Shown: in pieces, positions 9,301-17,270 of the stretch
Numbering within the stretch: position 1 is the first letter of the stretch
How the letters are laid out: every line of letters begins with the position of its first letter
NCBI GenBank assembly: GCA_001029635.1
Contig: CP011209.1
Span: 683,969-747,968 of the forward strand
DNA: 64,000 nucleotides
Direction of reading: 5' to 3'
Source of the DNA: Candidatus Wolfebacteria bacterium GW2011_GWB1_47_1
GTDB taxonomy: Bacteria; Patescibacteriota; Minisyncoccia; UBA6257; UBA9933
Program-made: the position numbers and the translations under genes
The notes under the pieces: model-generated
The model's database searches: none
What the model was told of the DNA's origin: nothing
What the model saw: only the letters and a program-made list of their open reading frames with translations

Positions 9301-11563
9301 CCGGGGTCGGGTTAGTAACCTTGATCGTAGATGATCCGGTCGTGGTCACCAGCGATGCCGGAATCGTTGCCGTGATGCTCGTCGCCCCGGTTGTCGTTGA
9401 CGATACGATCGTATCGTTATAGCGAACGACCGTCACTCCATAAAAATTAGTGCCCGTGATCGTTATATTCGCGTCTTCGTTCACATAGATCGGATCCGGG
9501 GCAATATTCGTAATGGTCGGTGCGCGGTAGTGCACATTGGTCGTGGTCGCCGCACTCCCCCCGCCTGGCGTGCTATTGGTGACTGTCAACGAGAATGCGC
9601 CAGTCGAAGAAGCGACGACGGCGGGTAAGGTTGCGGTGATCAGTGTAGTTCCTGTAGTTGTAGACGATAACGTCGTTCCTGCAAATGCAACGACGGAGTT
9701 GCTGTAAAAATTGGTGCCGGTAATGGTGAGTATCGTGGTCTCATTTACATACACCGGGTCTGGGGTGTTGGACGTGATAGTCGGTGCGCGGTAGTGCACA
9801 TTGGTCGTGGTCGCCGCAGAGCCTCCACCCGGGGTCGGATTGGTGACCGTCAACGAAAACGCGCCGGTGGTAGAAGCCACGGCGGCGGGCAAGGTCGCGG
9901 TGATCGATGTCGAGCCGGTCGTAGTGGACGACAAGGTTGTCCCCGCAAATGCGACGACAGAGTTGCTGTAAAAGTTTGTGCCGGTAATGGTGAGGATCGT
10001 GGTCTCATTTACGAACACCGGGTCGGGTGTATTGGACGTAATGGTCGGAGTCCTATATTTGACGACAAACGCGGCACTCGTCGTCGACGTGCCTCCGCCC
10101 GGGGTCGGATTGGTGACCGTCACCGTTGAGGTGCCGGTGCTTGCAAGGTCTGTCGTCGTCACGGTCATATCGAGCGTGGTCGAATTAACAAACGCGGTTG
10201 TGCGCGCACTCCCATTCCAGTTTGCCACGGAACCGGAAACAAACTGTTGTCCGGTCACCGTCACGGTCGTTGTCGCGTCCCCGATGAACGCTTCATTCGG
10301 AGAAAGCGTTGTGACTACTGGCACGCGGTTGCGCACTACAAAACTCTGTCCACTCGAAGTACCTCCTCCGGGGGTCGGGTTAAAAACGGTAATCGTTGAA
10401 GTTCCCGCGGTCGTCAGGTCGGACGACGGGACTGTAATTTCCAATGTTGTGGAATTGATGAACGAGGTCATACGATCTGAATCATTCCAGCGCGCGACCG
10501 AGGACGCAACAAATCCCGAACCAGTCAAGGTTACGGTCGTTGTCCCGCTTTGTACCTCGGTCGATGTCGGACTAATGGCCGTCAACACCGGGGTCGGATT
10601 TTTTACCGTGATCGTCGGATGTGACGCGATGTTCGTCAGCGCGCCGGAATCATCGAAGCGCGATGTTGTTGTTGCAGTATATGTTCCAAAGACCGACGGG
10701 ACTGTCACGCCGCTTGTTCCACCACCATCACCATATGTCATTGTTGCAGTCCCTAGCGCTGCAAGTTGCAAAAAACGTGCGTTGATCGAGCTTGACGGAA
10801 ATGTCAAAGAACCCGGACCTAATACTATATCGTCCGCGTACACCGTTATGTTATCAAGTGCGGCATTGTTCGCGATACGAAATCCATAACTAACAACCGA
10901 TGTGCGCGTGGTCACTCCGAAATTGATCGTTACGTATGTCCATGTATTCGCAGTGATCGCCGGGATATTAATGGATTCGATCGGGCTCGCTAAATTTGCG
11001 CTGTTGTCGTAGCTGAATTGCAATCTATTTGCCGCAATATCCACATCCGTCCTGATCCAAAATCCGACCGTAGTGTACGACGCCCAATTTTGCGACGTGA
11101 TATTTTTGTACCACACATCCCCATTTGATTCATTGCCATTGATACAGTGGATTGATGCCGCTCCTTCGTGTTTCACCCCTGTATCCGCCGTAGGCGCCCC
11201 TGCGGCACACGCGCTTCCAGCACTCCACCCCGTCGCGCTATCCATATCATCTATCACGTCTGCAATCGTGCCGGTCGTGCTAACCGTCGTATATCCGGCC
11301 GTGCCCGCCGTCCCTTGCGGAGCACTGAAGCCTGCCGGCATTGCAATATTAATACCGCCCGAATTCATAGTCTCGGCGGCAGTAAAGGTAAACGTAAACG
11401 TATTTCCGGTCGAACTCACGTCCGTACTCGTCGGCGTGACGGCATTTGTCCCCGAGCCGTCGGCAGCGTACGCAGGCGTAACGCCAAAAATTACGCTGCC
11501 GATCATTAATCCGACTAAAGTGATTACGCTAAATAACGACACACCTTTTTTTTGGGACATCAT
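3350..11563 (-). CDS. giant secreted dockerin-bearing adhesin (2737 aa) with IPT/TIG-like and Big-like repeats
   Basis: N-terminal signal peptide. About ten ~90-aa repeats (P.ITS..PDPV.VNETT.LTITGTNFY...PGGG) resemble the IPT/TIG fold. Later repeats (DYQSDVTL...IVNG.GT..ISDTVAETV.LSL.D.QGTGL) are Big-like. The last ~60 aa carry two DLNNNGSVDIGDWSIF / DLNDDGKVDISDFSIF segments, a duplicated dockerin type-I Ca-binding repeat. Confidence 0.8.
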   Translation of the reverse strand: MMSQKKGVSLFSVITLVGLMIGSVIFGVTPAYAADGSGTNAVTPTSTDVSSTGNTFTFTFTAAETMNSGGINIAMPAGFSAPQGTAGTAGYTTVSTTGTIADVIDDMDSATGWSAGSACAAGAPTADTGVKHEGAASIHCINGNESNGDVWYKNITSQNWASYTTVGFWIRTDVDIAANRLQFSYDNSANLASPIESINIPAITANTWTYVTINFGVTTRTSVVSYGFRIANNAALDNITVYADDIVLGPGSLTFPSSSINARFLQLAALGTATMTYGDGGGTSGVTVPSVFGTYTATTTSRFDDSGALTNIASHPTITVKNPTPVLTAISPTSTEVQSGTTTVTLTGSGFVASSVARWNDSDRMTSFINSTTLEITVPSSDLTTAGTSTITVFNPTPGGGTSSGQSFVVRNRVPVVTTLSPNEAFIGDATTTVTVTGQQFVSGSVANWNGSARTTAFVNSTTLDMTVTTTDLASTGTSTVTVTNPTPGGGTSTTSAAFVVKYRTPTITSNTPDPVFVNETTILTITGTNFYSNSVVAFAGTTLSSTTTGSTSITATLPAAVASTTGAFSLTVTNPTPGGGSAATTTNVHYRAPTITSNTPDPVYVNETTILTITGTNFYSNSVVAFAGTTLSSTTTGTTLITATLPAVVASSTGAFSLTVTNSTPGGGSAATTTNVHYRAPTITNIAPDPIYVNEDANITITGTNFYGVTVVRYNDTIVSSTTTGATSITATIPASLVTTTGSSTIKVTNPTPGGGEDTRNLNVHYRAPTITSNTPDPVYVNETTILTITGTNFYGASVVKFAGTTLSSTTTGSTSITATLPASVASTTGAFSLTVTNPTPGGGSAATTTNVHYRAPTLTSIDPAEANVGSGDTLITLTGTNFYAISVARFDGSNLTTTYVSPTELTATIPAAMLTTVGTSTVTVFTPTPGGGTSEGRPFAKLNPTPTTTGISPDTKFVNDAQFTLTVNGTFFVSDSVVRFNGSDRVTSYISSTTLEATIPASDLTTATDTVQITVFSPTPGGGTSNTQTFNVHHKTPTITTAAPDPIYVNEETVVTITGTNFYSSSVVVFAGATLVSTTNSATEIVATVPAAVASTTGAFSLTVTNPTPGGGSAATTTNVHYRAPTLTSIDPAEANVGSGDTLITLTGTNFYAISVARFDGSNLTTTYVSPTELTATIPAAMLTTVGTSTVTVFNPTPGGGTSGGQTFIRRNPTPSVTSVDPSEAFIGSPDTIITVTGVGFVSSTVIRFDGDDLTTTLINATTATATIPAAMLTTAGTSTITAFNPAPGGGLSTTSVTFLRKNQTPTITSLVPDTAEEGSATTSLTIDGTNFIGGTTVTFDGTLLTISASSTTVIETSIPASLLATFGTSTVEVTNPGPGGGTATSPFIISRGAVKFAFSGAPYSGTVDGPITATIQAQRENGTVVTNYQSDITLNASDSATPESILVNIVNGAGTTTISDTVAETVTLSLTDTQGTGLDVSATTSATFAHGVITQLALAGPATLNVGDRAGFVTTRKDQYGNPVTSGPDTTVYFYTTSTSSSAVFYNAATNGTVITSAIIGSGASTTAAWYYDEEPGTYTITSSDNGTAPDGNAGINDATSTIAVNAVATRFMIINPTDGTVDAPITVVVQAQDNLGRLITDYQSDVTLIASSTGGQVNATSTLVDIINGSGTTTISNTIAETVFLSLLDSQGTGLNVASSTQDVVFAPGAVAQFSLTHSGDMEQNTRKEFVAGRKDQYGNFVSASTTPAYMYASPTSTAKFYDTDAGGNEITAIAFTPGNATTSFWFYSNTPATTTVTVSDNATAPDGDEGINDASNEILVTPTAVRFEIVDPTDGTVDASITVTVRALDEFGQVVPSFTEDVTLLVTGSAVANPVLVDLEGGIGTTQVSDTVAETVTLSLSDTQSTGLAATSTQDVMFGVGAFAKLNLNNVVNATAGDLVAYTVTRTDQYNNQITSSSITVGISATPTTSPGTFYGSNSTSSSVITSVAIDAGNASAQFWYYNEVAGSYQVTTQTGAVIGYDDIVIDPAAIAKFTINDRTSMNPASRVQYTVVRKDQFNNPVTAGDTTAYLYANPAGVGTSFYDAATNGNVVTSVTIGGGQSSQSAWYYEETSGDHTITASDNATAPDGVAGIIDASDMISVQVATGTRFVFEPEPDPQTLAAGASSLVTVQVQDDFGNIDTNYQNDVTLVTGVTSVSGTGLTNGQVLIDIVNGEGTITLTDTVAETVNLALSDTQGTGLAVTDTASIIWTAGTVTQFTLTDQTSIVAGTSTSYTVTRKDQYGNVVTSGSNLVYLYTSSTGAQARFQATETGTSSISFVTLANGFASTTFWYYDEEAGTWDITASDNATAADGAAGIADASDSLIVTAAPVVADRYVVLNPADAGLNENTVVIIQAQDADGGLDATVQEDVYLVFSTSTITSSPMKLDGRALVNIVDGIGTVTVSDTVAETVQLSLERLTGSTSTLGITSTQDVMFFVRQTSVGGGGGGGGVYVAPSVTFTGRAYPGARVSLFARVGGQDIPLERDIEVRADGTFTIDFSGALRGLESFGLAILDKDGKIAQIKTYTMDKVTRATEEKNLYIAPTAGLVSRTVTIGNNVGLTGSAAPGSVVKAEIDGQLVETEVAVGSGGTYRLLVNTRELAYGGHVVRVKQVDKNGIESDWSPLKVFTVTRTLVTRADLNNNGSVDIGDWSIFLTRFGSTDAEKRRQVDLNDDGKVDISDFSIFIRSTIGG
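7998..8283. repeat. intragenic perfect direct repeat, copy 1 (286 bp, period 807 bp)
   Basis: The DNA at 7998-8283 is identical to 8805-9090. The ORF-track shadow proteins 7940..8257 / 8456..9064 and 7665..8105 / 8598..8912 end in identical peptides. Confidence 0.85.
8805..9090. repeat. intragenic perfect direct repeat, copy 2
   Basis: See copy 1. Both copies encode the same IPT-like module (APTLTSIDPAEANVGSGDTLITLTGTNFYAISVARFDGSNLTTTYVSPTELTATIPAAMLTTVGTSTVTVF). Confidence 0.85.
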
Positions 11564-11741
11564 ATGTACTTGTTTACGTTTATGAATACTGTATTAGATA
11601 AATTATATCATCATTCTTATTTTCTGTGTATAGAAGTTGAGCACATTCCCGCCTCTGCAGGAATGACATACAGAAGGACAGATTTCTCGACTTCTCCGTC
11701 GGCTAACGGATCCACTCGGGATAATAGAATGTGCCCTTGAT

Positions 11742-12935
11742 TTATTGTAACCCCCCGCTTGTGTAATTGCTTGACGGATTCCATAGCATATACCCGACAT
11801 AGCCATCCTTGAGCGTGTCCTTCGATGCCTTGATTTGTTTACCTATCATCGCCGCATCGTAATCAGCACCAAGATCGAAGTCTTGCAGCCAAGGACGCAG
11901 CTTTGCGGTTGAGGATGCCGTTGCCTTGTGCATATCAAGGCGCTCTTTCCCCTTCTGCATGGAATCTGCCACCACCTCATAGGGCCATGCAGCCGGGTTT
12001 TTATACCCCATGAATCCATCCGGGTAGTGCGATGGATAAACCATTGGTGATATAAAATCAAAGTTGGCATATGCATCCTCGACAATCTGACCAATTCCGA
12101 TATCCTCTGTTTTAATCATCGTGAAGCCGAATAGGTCCGCCGAAATCACAACGCCACGCATCTCCTCACGCAGATATTGCATAAACTTTTTAATTATCTC
12201 CGTATGTGCTGTATTCTCGATGGTCTTTGGATACAGTATCGATGTGATTGAACCGTCGGACGGGAATCGAATGTAGTCGTAATTTAATTCATCGAATCCG
12301 TAACCCAACACGTCTTTTGATAGTGCTACCACATATTCATACACTTCACTTGATGACGGGTCCACCCATGCAAGGTTCTTTCGATCGCGCCAGATTGTTT
12401 TCTTTGACATCGCCCCGCCAGCAGCACGTACTTTTCTCGCATCATGCACCGCTATTTCGGGACGCGCTTCGGCAAATGCCGTATCTTGAAACACCGCAAC
12501 GCGACCGATTACATAAATTCCTTCATCATGGAATCGTTGTACCAACCCTCCAAGATCACGAATAAATTTTTGTCGCAGTTTATATTGTTTAACCGTTTCC
12601 AATTGCGAATCGTATGCCACCATACCGAATGAATCTTTGACATCGATTACCACCGCGTTAAGCCCATTCTTCTTCATCGCGAGCACCGTTTGTATCTTAT
12701 CCTCACGACCCGCCGATGGCGCGGTGAGATAGACTGCCTTCATCACATCGGGCGTCTTCATTCTCTCTATCATCGGCGTAGTCACGTCCTCTCCTTTCTT
12801 TATTTGTTCCTGTTGCGATTCCATACCGGTTGCATTACTAGAACCATTGACCGAGTCCTTGTTTGTATACGATAACCCAAATGCTGCCGCGCTAAGCACT
12901 ACACCCCCGATTCCAATGAAGAAAAGTTTTTTCAT
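11742..12935 (-). CDS. putative glycoside-hydrolase-like TIM-barrel protein (DUF4015-like), secreted
   Basis: N-terminal TM/signal (MKKLFFIGIGGVVLSAAAFG). Motifs NAVVIDVKD, YDYIRFP and WLQDFD are typical of the GHL/DUF4015 family. Start chosen at the internal Met. Confidence 0.5.
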   Translation of the reverse strand: MKKLFFIGIGGVVLSAAAFGLSYTNKDSVNGSSNATGMESQQEQIKKGEDVTTPMIERMKTPDVMKAVYLTAPSAGREDKIQTVLAMKKNGLNAVVIDVKDSFGMVAYDSQLETVKQYKLRQKFIRDLGGLVQRFHDEGIYVIGRVAVFQDTAFAEARPEIAVHDARKVRAAGGAMSKKTIWRDRKNLAWVDPSSSEVYEYVVALSKDVLGYGFDELNYDYIRFPSDGSITSILYPKTIENTAHTEIIKKFMQYLREEMRGVVISADLFGFTMIKTEDIGIGQIVEDAYANFDFISPMVYPSHYPDGFMGYKNPAAWPYEVVADSMQKGKERLDMHKATASSTAKLRPWLQDFDLGADYDAAMIGKQIKASKDTLKDGYVGYMLWNPSSNYTSGGLQ

Positions 12936-13029
12936 AAATATGCTTACAGTATAGCATGGAGCGTCTTCCATAGAATATAGGCACTTGGGTATGGTATTAT
13001 TACCATAACAACCGTTAGTCATTTCTATT

Positions 13030-13674
13030 ATGACCCAAGAACTTCGCTTTATCGACCGTGAAGATGCCGGGCGACAGCTCGCGCAAAAACTTCTTTCCTA
13101 TAAAGATACTGACGCTATTATCTATGCCTTGCCGCGTGGTGGCGTCGTGACCGCAGTCGCAATCGCACGCGCATTATATGCACCGCTCGATCTCATTATC
13201 CCCCGTAAAATCGGCCACCCGTCCAACCCCGAATACGCTATCGGGGCCGTCGCCGAAGACGGACATTTTACCGCTAACCCCACAGAGATCGCGACCGTCG
13301 ATTCGCAATGGCTCCGCTCGGAAATAGAGCATCAACAAGCAGAAGCAAAACGCAGACGCGAAACGTATCTCGCAGGCGCATCGCCAATCGATATCTCCGG
13401 TAAGACTGCCATTATTGTCGACGACGGTATTGCAACCGGCCTTACCATGAAATGCGCCATCAATGAGCTCAAGCACCGCAATCCCAAAAAAATTATTGTT
13501 GCCGTTCCCGTTGCCTCAGCTGGCAGCCTTTGGGAGATCAGCGCGTTGGTCGACAAGGTCGTATGTCTTTCAACTCCGGAATTTATGGGTGCGATCGGCG
13601 CATTCTATGAGTCATTCCCGCAGGTCAAAGACGACGAAGTCATCACATTAATGCAATCCCTTACATCGCAATGA
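13030..13674 (+). CDS. phosphoribosyltransferase family protein (COG1926-like)
   Basis: Carries the PRTase PRPP-binding motif IIVDDGIATGLT and an N-terminal LPRGG loop. The gene overlaps prs by 4 bp. Confidence 0.75.
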   Translation: MTQELRFIDREDAGRQLAQKLLSYKDTDAIIYALPRGGVVTAVAIARALYAPLDLIIPRKIGHPSNPEYAIGAVAEDGHFTANPTEIATVDSQWLRSEIEHQQAEAKRRRETYLAGASPIDISGKTAIIVDDGIATGLTMKCAINELKHRNPKKIIVAVPVASAGSLWEISALVDKVVCLSTPEFMGAIGAFYESFPQVKDDEVITLMQSLTSQ

Positions 13675-14552
13675 TTCTTTTCACCTTTCCCGAATACGAG
13701 TATATAGGAAGCGTATTGCGCAAATCTCCTGGATACAAGAAGGGTAATTTTTTCGTCAACCGTTACGCAAACAGTGAGATGCATATTTCTCTTGACACCG
13801 ATGTGCGCGGACAAGAGTGTACTATTCTCGGGACTATCGCTCCTCCCGATACCAATCTTGTTTCATTTCTTCTCCTTGCTGATACGCTCAAGCGCAAGGG
13901 CGCGCGTAAAGTGACTGCACTCCTTCCTTACCTTGCATATACGCGACACGACAAGATTGTTACTAAAGAAAGTCTCGCAACCGCATGGATCGGCGGACTT
14001 CTTGAACAATCACAGATCGACGCCATTACAACGCTTAGTTTGCATAGCGACGAGGATCGGGAATACATCCCTCTCCCTATCAATGCGCTTTCCCTTGCCG
14101 GCACGTTCGCCACGATCATTGCGGATCGATCATTGACTGATGCAGCCATTGTCGCTCCTGACGAAGGAGCACTCGACCGATGCGAGGCTGTCAAGCGCGC
14201 GGCCGAAATGCAGATGCATGTCGCTTCATTCAAAAAACGCCACACCGCGACGGGCATTGCACTTTCCCGAATATCCGGCACCATCAAGCCCGAAGTTATT
14301 ATTGTCGACGACATGATCGATACCGGACAGACTCTAATCGCATGTTGCAGACAGCTAAAAACGCTTGGCGTAAAACGTATCACTATTTTCGTAACCCACG
14401 GGCTGTTCACCGGAACCGCATGGTCACAACTCTGGAAACTGGGTGTCGATCGCATCTACTGCACCGACTCAATACCGCCTTCACTGCTCCCCAAGGATGC
14501 GCATATCACCATCATTCCCATTGCGCCGTTATTACAAAAAGAACTTTACTAG
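13671..14552 (+). CDS. prs: ribose-phosphate pyrophosphokinase
   Basis: KVTALLPYLAYTRHDK matches the Prs P-Y-x-x-Y-x-R-Q-D-R region. The C-terminal PRPP motif IIVDDMIDTGQTL is present. Two-domain Prs architecture. Confidence 0.8.
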   Translation: MILFTFPEYEYIGSVLRKSPGYKKGNFFVNRYANSEMHISLDTDVRGQECTILGTIAPPDTNLVSFLLLADTLKRKGARKVTALLPYLAYTRHDKIVTKESLATAWIGGLLEQSQIDAITTLSLHSDEDREYIPLPINALSLAGTFATIIADRSLTDAAIVAPDEGALDRCEAVKRAAEMQMHVASFKKRHTATGIALSRISGTIKPEVIIVDDMIDTGQTLIACCRQLKTLGVKRITIFVTHGLFTGTAWSQLWKLGVDRIYCTDSIPPSLLPKDAHITIIPIAPLLQKELY

Positions 14553-14555
14553 TAT

Positions 14556-15180
14556 GGATATCATCATTCCCGTCGATGCTACCACCGAATTACCGGGCAT
14601 ACTTACTATTCCGGAGTATGCGACCGGCATCGTCTTATTCGCGCACGGGAGCGGGAGTAGTCGCTTAAGCCCGCGCAATACATTTGTCGCGACCGAACTC
14701 AATAACGCCAGTATCGCAACACTACTAATAGACCTATTAACCGAAGACGAGGATTCTGTTTATGAAACCCGCTTCGATATCGACTTACTCACCCAACGTC
14801 TCGGTGTAGTGGCGCAATGGCTCTCCAAAAACGAACAGACGCAACATCTCCCACTCGGCCTTTTTGGCGCGAGTACGGGAGCGGCTTCAGCGCTCAATCT
14901 TGCTGTTTCGCAACCGAACCTTATTCACGCCGTCGTGTCACGCGGCGGACGACCTGATATGAGCTTGGCCAGCTTACCGCTTGTTCAAACGCCAACATTA
15001 TTGATCGTTGGCGGCAATGATACTGTTGTTACTGACCTCAATCAGCAGGCATATGAACAGCTCCTCTGTGAAAAAGAGATTGCTATTATTCCCGGCGCAA
15101 CCCACCTATTCGAAGAACCTGGCGCGCTCGAGCAAGTTTCCGAACATGCAATCCGGTGGTTTATAAAATATTTAAAATAA
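14556..15180 (+). CDS. alpha/beta hydrolase (dienelactone hydrolase-like)
   Basis: Has the G-A-S-T-G nucleophile elbow (GxSxG), the HG oxyanion motif (FAHGSG) and a C-terminal PGATHLF His region. Start at MDIIIP. Confidence 0.65.
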
Positions 15181-15192
15181 TAACAATACCGC

Positions 15193-15984
15193 CTAACCTA
15201 ATCTTATTGAATCTTTTACCCCAAACTCCCCCACTCGTATTCGCACTAATCGCATTAGTACCGCATCGGTACTAAGTCGCTTTCCCAACTCATGAGAGAG
15301 CGTTCTGATATATGTACCACTCGCACAATGAACCCGCAGCCGCACTACAGGGAACGCGGTCTTATTCATAAGACCGCTCAGCACCACGCCCCATTGGTGA
15401 AGTATCTCTGTTTGACGAAAGTCTCCCCGGACGTTTTTAACCATCATTGTGACGGTTTTCCGCACCATATCAGCGCTGATCGCGCATAGCTCTAGCAGTT
15501 TGACATCATGCACGCACATGCTTCGCTTTGGAATTTCTATTTCGTGTAATCTTCCCTCTCTCGCCCATTGGAACAGTGGCTTTCCGTTGATCGGTTTTGA
15601 CGAATATGCCGGAAAAGGATATTCACATATACCTTTCAACCCTACCAATTCCTTCTTGATCCGTTCGATGCCAATGGCGCGCGCATCGTATACCGTCGGC
15701 AACCCAAGCAGGTCATGCGTGTCGGTTCCAAATCCGAACACAATATTCGCTTCATACACCTTATCAAGTTGTACATACTCTTCTTTTTTATGTACTGCAT
15801 CACCAACCAGTATGATCAATACACCCTCCGCCATTGGATCCAATCTTCCGGCATAGGTCATTTTTTCATTGCGATATTCGGGGTACGCTTTCCGAACCCG
15901 ATCGATCGCCTGTAATGGTGTCATTCCTTGTGGCTTGTAGATGTTTAAAACAGCTTCCATGATGGGCTTATCGTAACGCATCAT
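15193..15984 (-). CDS. truB: tRNA pseudouridine(55) synthase
   Basis: Contains YAGRLDPMAEGVL (catalytic Asp motif of TruB) and GTYIR. Confidence 0.85.
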   Translation of the reverse strand: MMRYDKPIMEAVLNIYKPQGMTPLQAIDRVRKAYPEYRNEKMTYAGRLDPMAEGVLIILVGDAVHKKEEYVQLDKVYEANIVFGFGTDTHDLLGLPTVYDARAIGIERIKKELVGLKGICEYPFPAYSSKPINGKPLFQWAREGRLHEIEIPKRSMCVHDVKLLELCAISADMVRKTVTMMVKNVRGDFRQTEILHQWGVVLSGLMNKTAFPVVRLRVHCASGTYIRTLSHELGKRLSTDAVLMRLVRIRVGEFGVKDSIRLG

Positions 15985-15997
15985 ATTTTTTATGGCA

Positions 15998-16028
15998 ACT
16001 AAAAAGCGCCCGTTTTTGGGCGCTTTTC
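15998..16028 (-). terminator. rho-independent terminator after the bactofilin-like gene
   Basis: Hairpin AAGCGCCC-GTTTTT-GGGCGCTT with a U-run on the minus strand (plus-strand A-run at 15998-16005). Confidence 0.6.
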
Positions 16029-16029
16029 C

Positions 16030-17187
16030 TTATCTTTTTAGCCAAGTCTTTTGATATGCCATCAATGCAACACTCCCTACAGAGGCAAGGAACAGTAAGA
16101 ATACTGCAACCCAACCAATAATCGGAATAATCCAGATCAATTCCAACACAAGCACACCGATCGTCGCATTTTGCCAATTGACCTCATAGTCTTTTGTCTT
16201 CTTGGCCATCTTCATCAGTACTGCGCCGAGCAGTATACCAGCAAGAACCTTCGCAATCATAAGCAATAGCACATACAGCAATACTCCGGCAACGGCAAAC
16301 CAGATACCAATCAGACTGATCATTGCGATCAGTATTGCCGCAGGCATCACGATCAATACCACAAATCCTCGTACCAACTCACGACCAAAATGGTCGGCTG
16401 CCACCTTTACTAATCCTTGAGTCACCTTTTTGAACAAGATCACACCCGCGATCGCCGTCACTAAGATAATCAGCAATTTAACCAGCGCCATAGCACCAAT
16501 CAGCCCTAGCATCGCCGCACGAATCCGCTTATCAGTGCGATCCGGACGCTCTACTTTTTCAAACTGCGTTTCTCCAATAATCATTCCACCTTCTGCGATT
16601 TCTACCGCATTGGGCGATCGATACCATAGCGCACCTTCTATCTTTGCATCCTTTCCGATTGAAAACCGTTTATCTGATCGGATCGAAACATCCCCATTGA
16701 TAACACCGTTAATGATTACTTCTCCCGCGACGATCTTAACGTCGCCCTTCACTGTTCCATCGATAATCGCTTGGCCTCCCGCAACAATCACGTCCCCCTC
16801 GACCGTTGCGCCCGAGATGACCTGCACGACGCCTCCTGCTGCCACTACGTCCCCACTAACGTTCTTACCAATCGTGATTGCGCCGCCAACCGCACGAATA
16901 TCGTCGCCCACATTACCAAGCACTTCGACCGCTCCTCCTGCCGCAATTACATCCTGATCGACATCCCCCACGACTAATATACTCCCCCCTGCGATCACAA
17001 GGTCCCCCCGGATCTCTCCCGCGACTACGTTGTTTTCCGCCCCTACATAAAGATCACTCTCCACAACCTCACCTTTTTGTAGCGTATATTCTCTCGCCGC
17101 CCGCATGTCCGCACCATATACGAACATCGGCATCACTACCATGGAAATCACAAATGCAGTAACCGCAATTTGTTTGAGCTGTTTCAT
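16030..17187 (-). CDS. membrane protein with bactofilin-like (polymer-forming beta-helix) repeats
   Basis: N-terminal signal/TM. About seven GDV(V/I)(A/I)AGG... repeats as in the bactofilin/CcmA DUF583 beta-helix. C-terminal region with four or more TM helices. Confidence 0.55.
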   Translation of the reverse strand: MKQLKQIAVTAFVISMVVMPMFVYGADMRAAREYTLQKGEVVESDLYVGAENNVVAGEIRGDLVIAGGSILVVGDVDQDVIAAGGAVEVLGNVGDDIRAVGGAITIGKNVSGDVVAAGGVVQVISGATVEGDVIVAGGQAIIDGTVKGDVKIVAGEVIINGVINGDVSIRSDKRFSIGKDAKIEGALWYRSPNAVEIAEGGMIIGETQFEKVERPDRTDKRIRAAMLGLIGAMALVKLLIILVTAIAGVILFKKVTQGLVKVAADHFGRELVRGFVVLIVMPAAILIAMISLIGIWFAVAGVLLYVLLLMIAKVLAGILLGAVLMKMAKKTKDYEVNWQNATIGVLVLELIWIIPIIGWVAVFLLFLASVGSVALMAYQKTWLKR

Positions 17188-17270
17188 ATAAAAATAATAC
17201 GAGTATTAGTTAGCGACTATTACTCGTATTATACCCCTTTCTATTTAATTATTCCACGCACTCTTCAACG

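Noticed and set aside
3378-11585. Dozens of 60-300-aa + strand ORFs (e.g. 3858..4553, 8456..9064, 9978..10889) inside the giant gene
   Set aside because: These are shadow frames of the 8.2-kb minus-strand adhesin gene. Their Ser/Thr/Val/Pro-rich composition and their identical duplicated peptides simply mirror the intragenic repeats.
11600-11740. Short hairpin CATTCC-N9-GGAATG and an 'AGMT' peptide resembling the MITE hairpin
   Set aside because: Only a 6-bp stem with no TIR similarity to the MITE family. This is ordinary promoter-region sequence of the giant gene.
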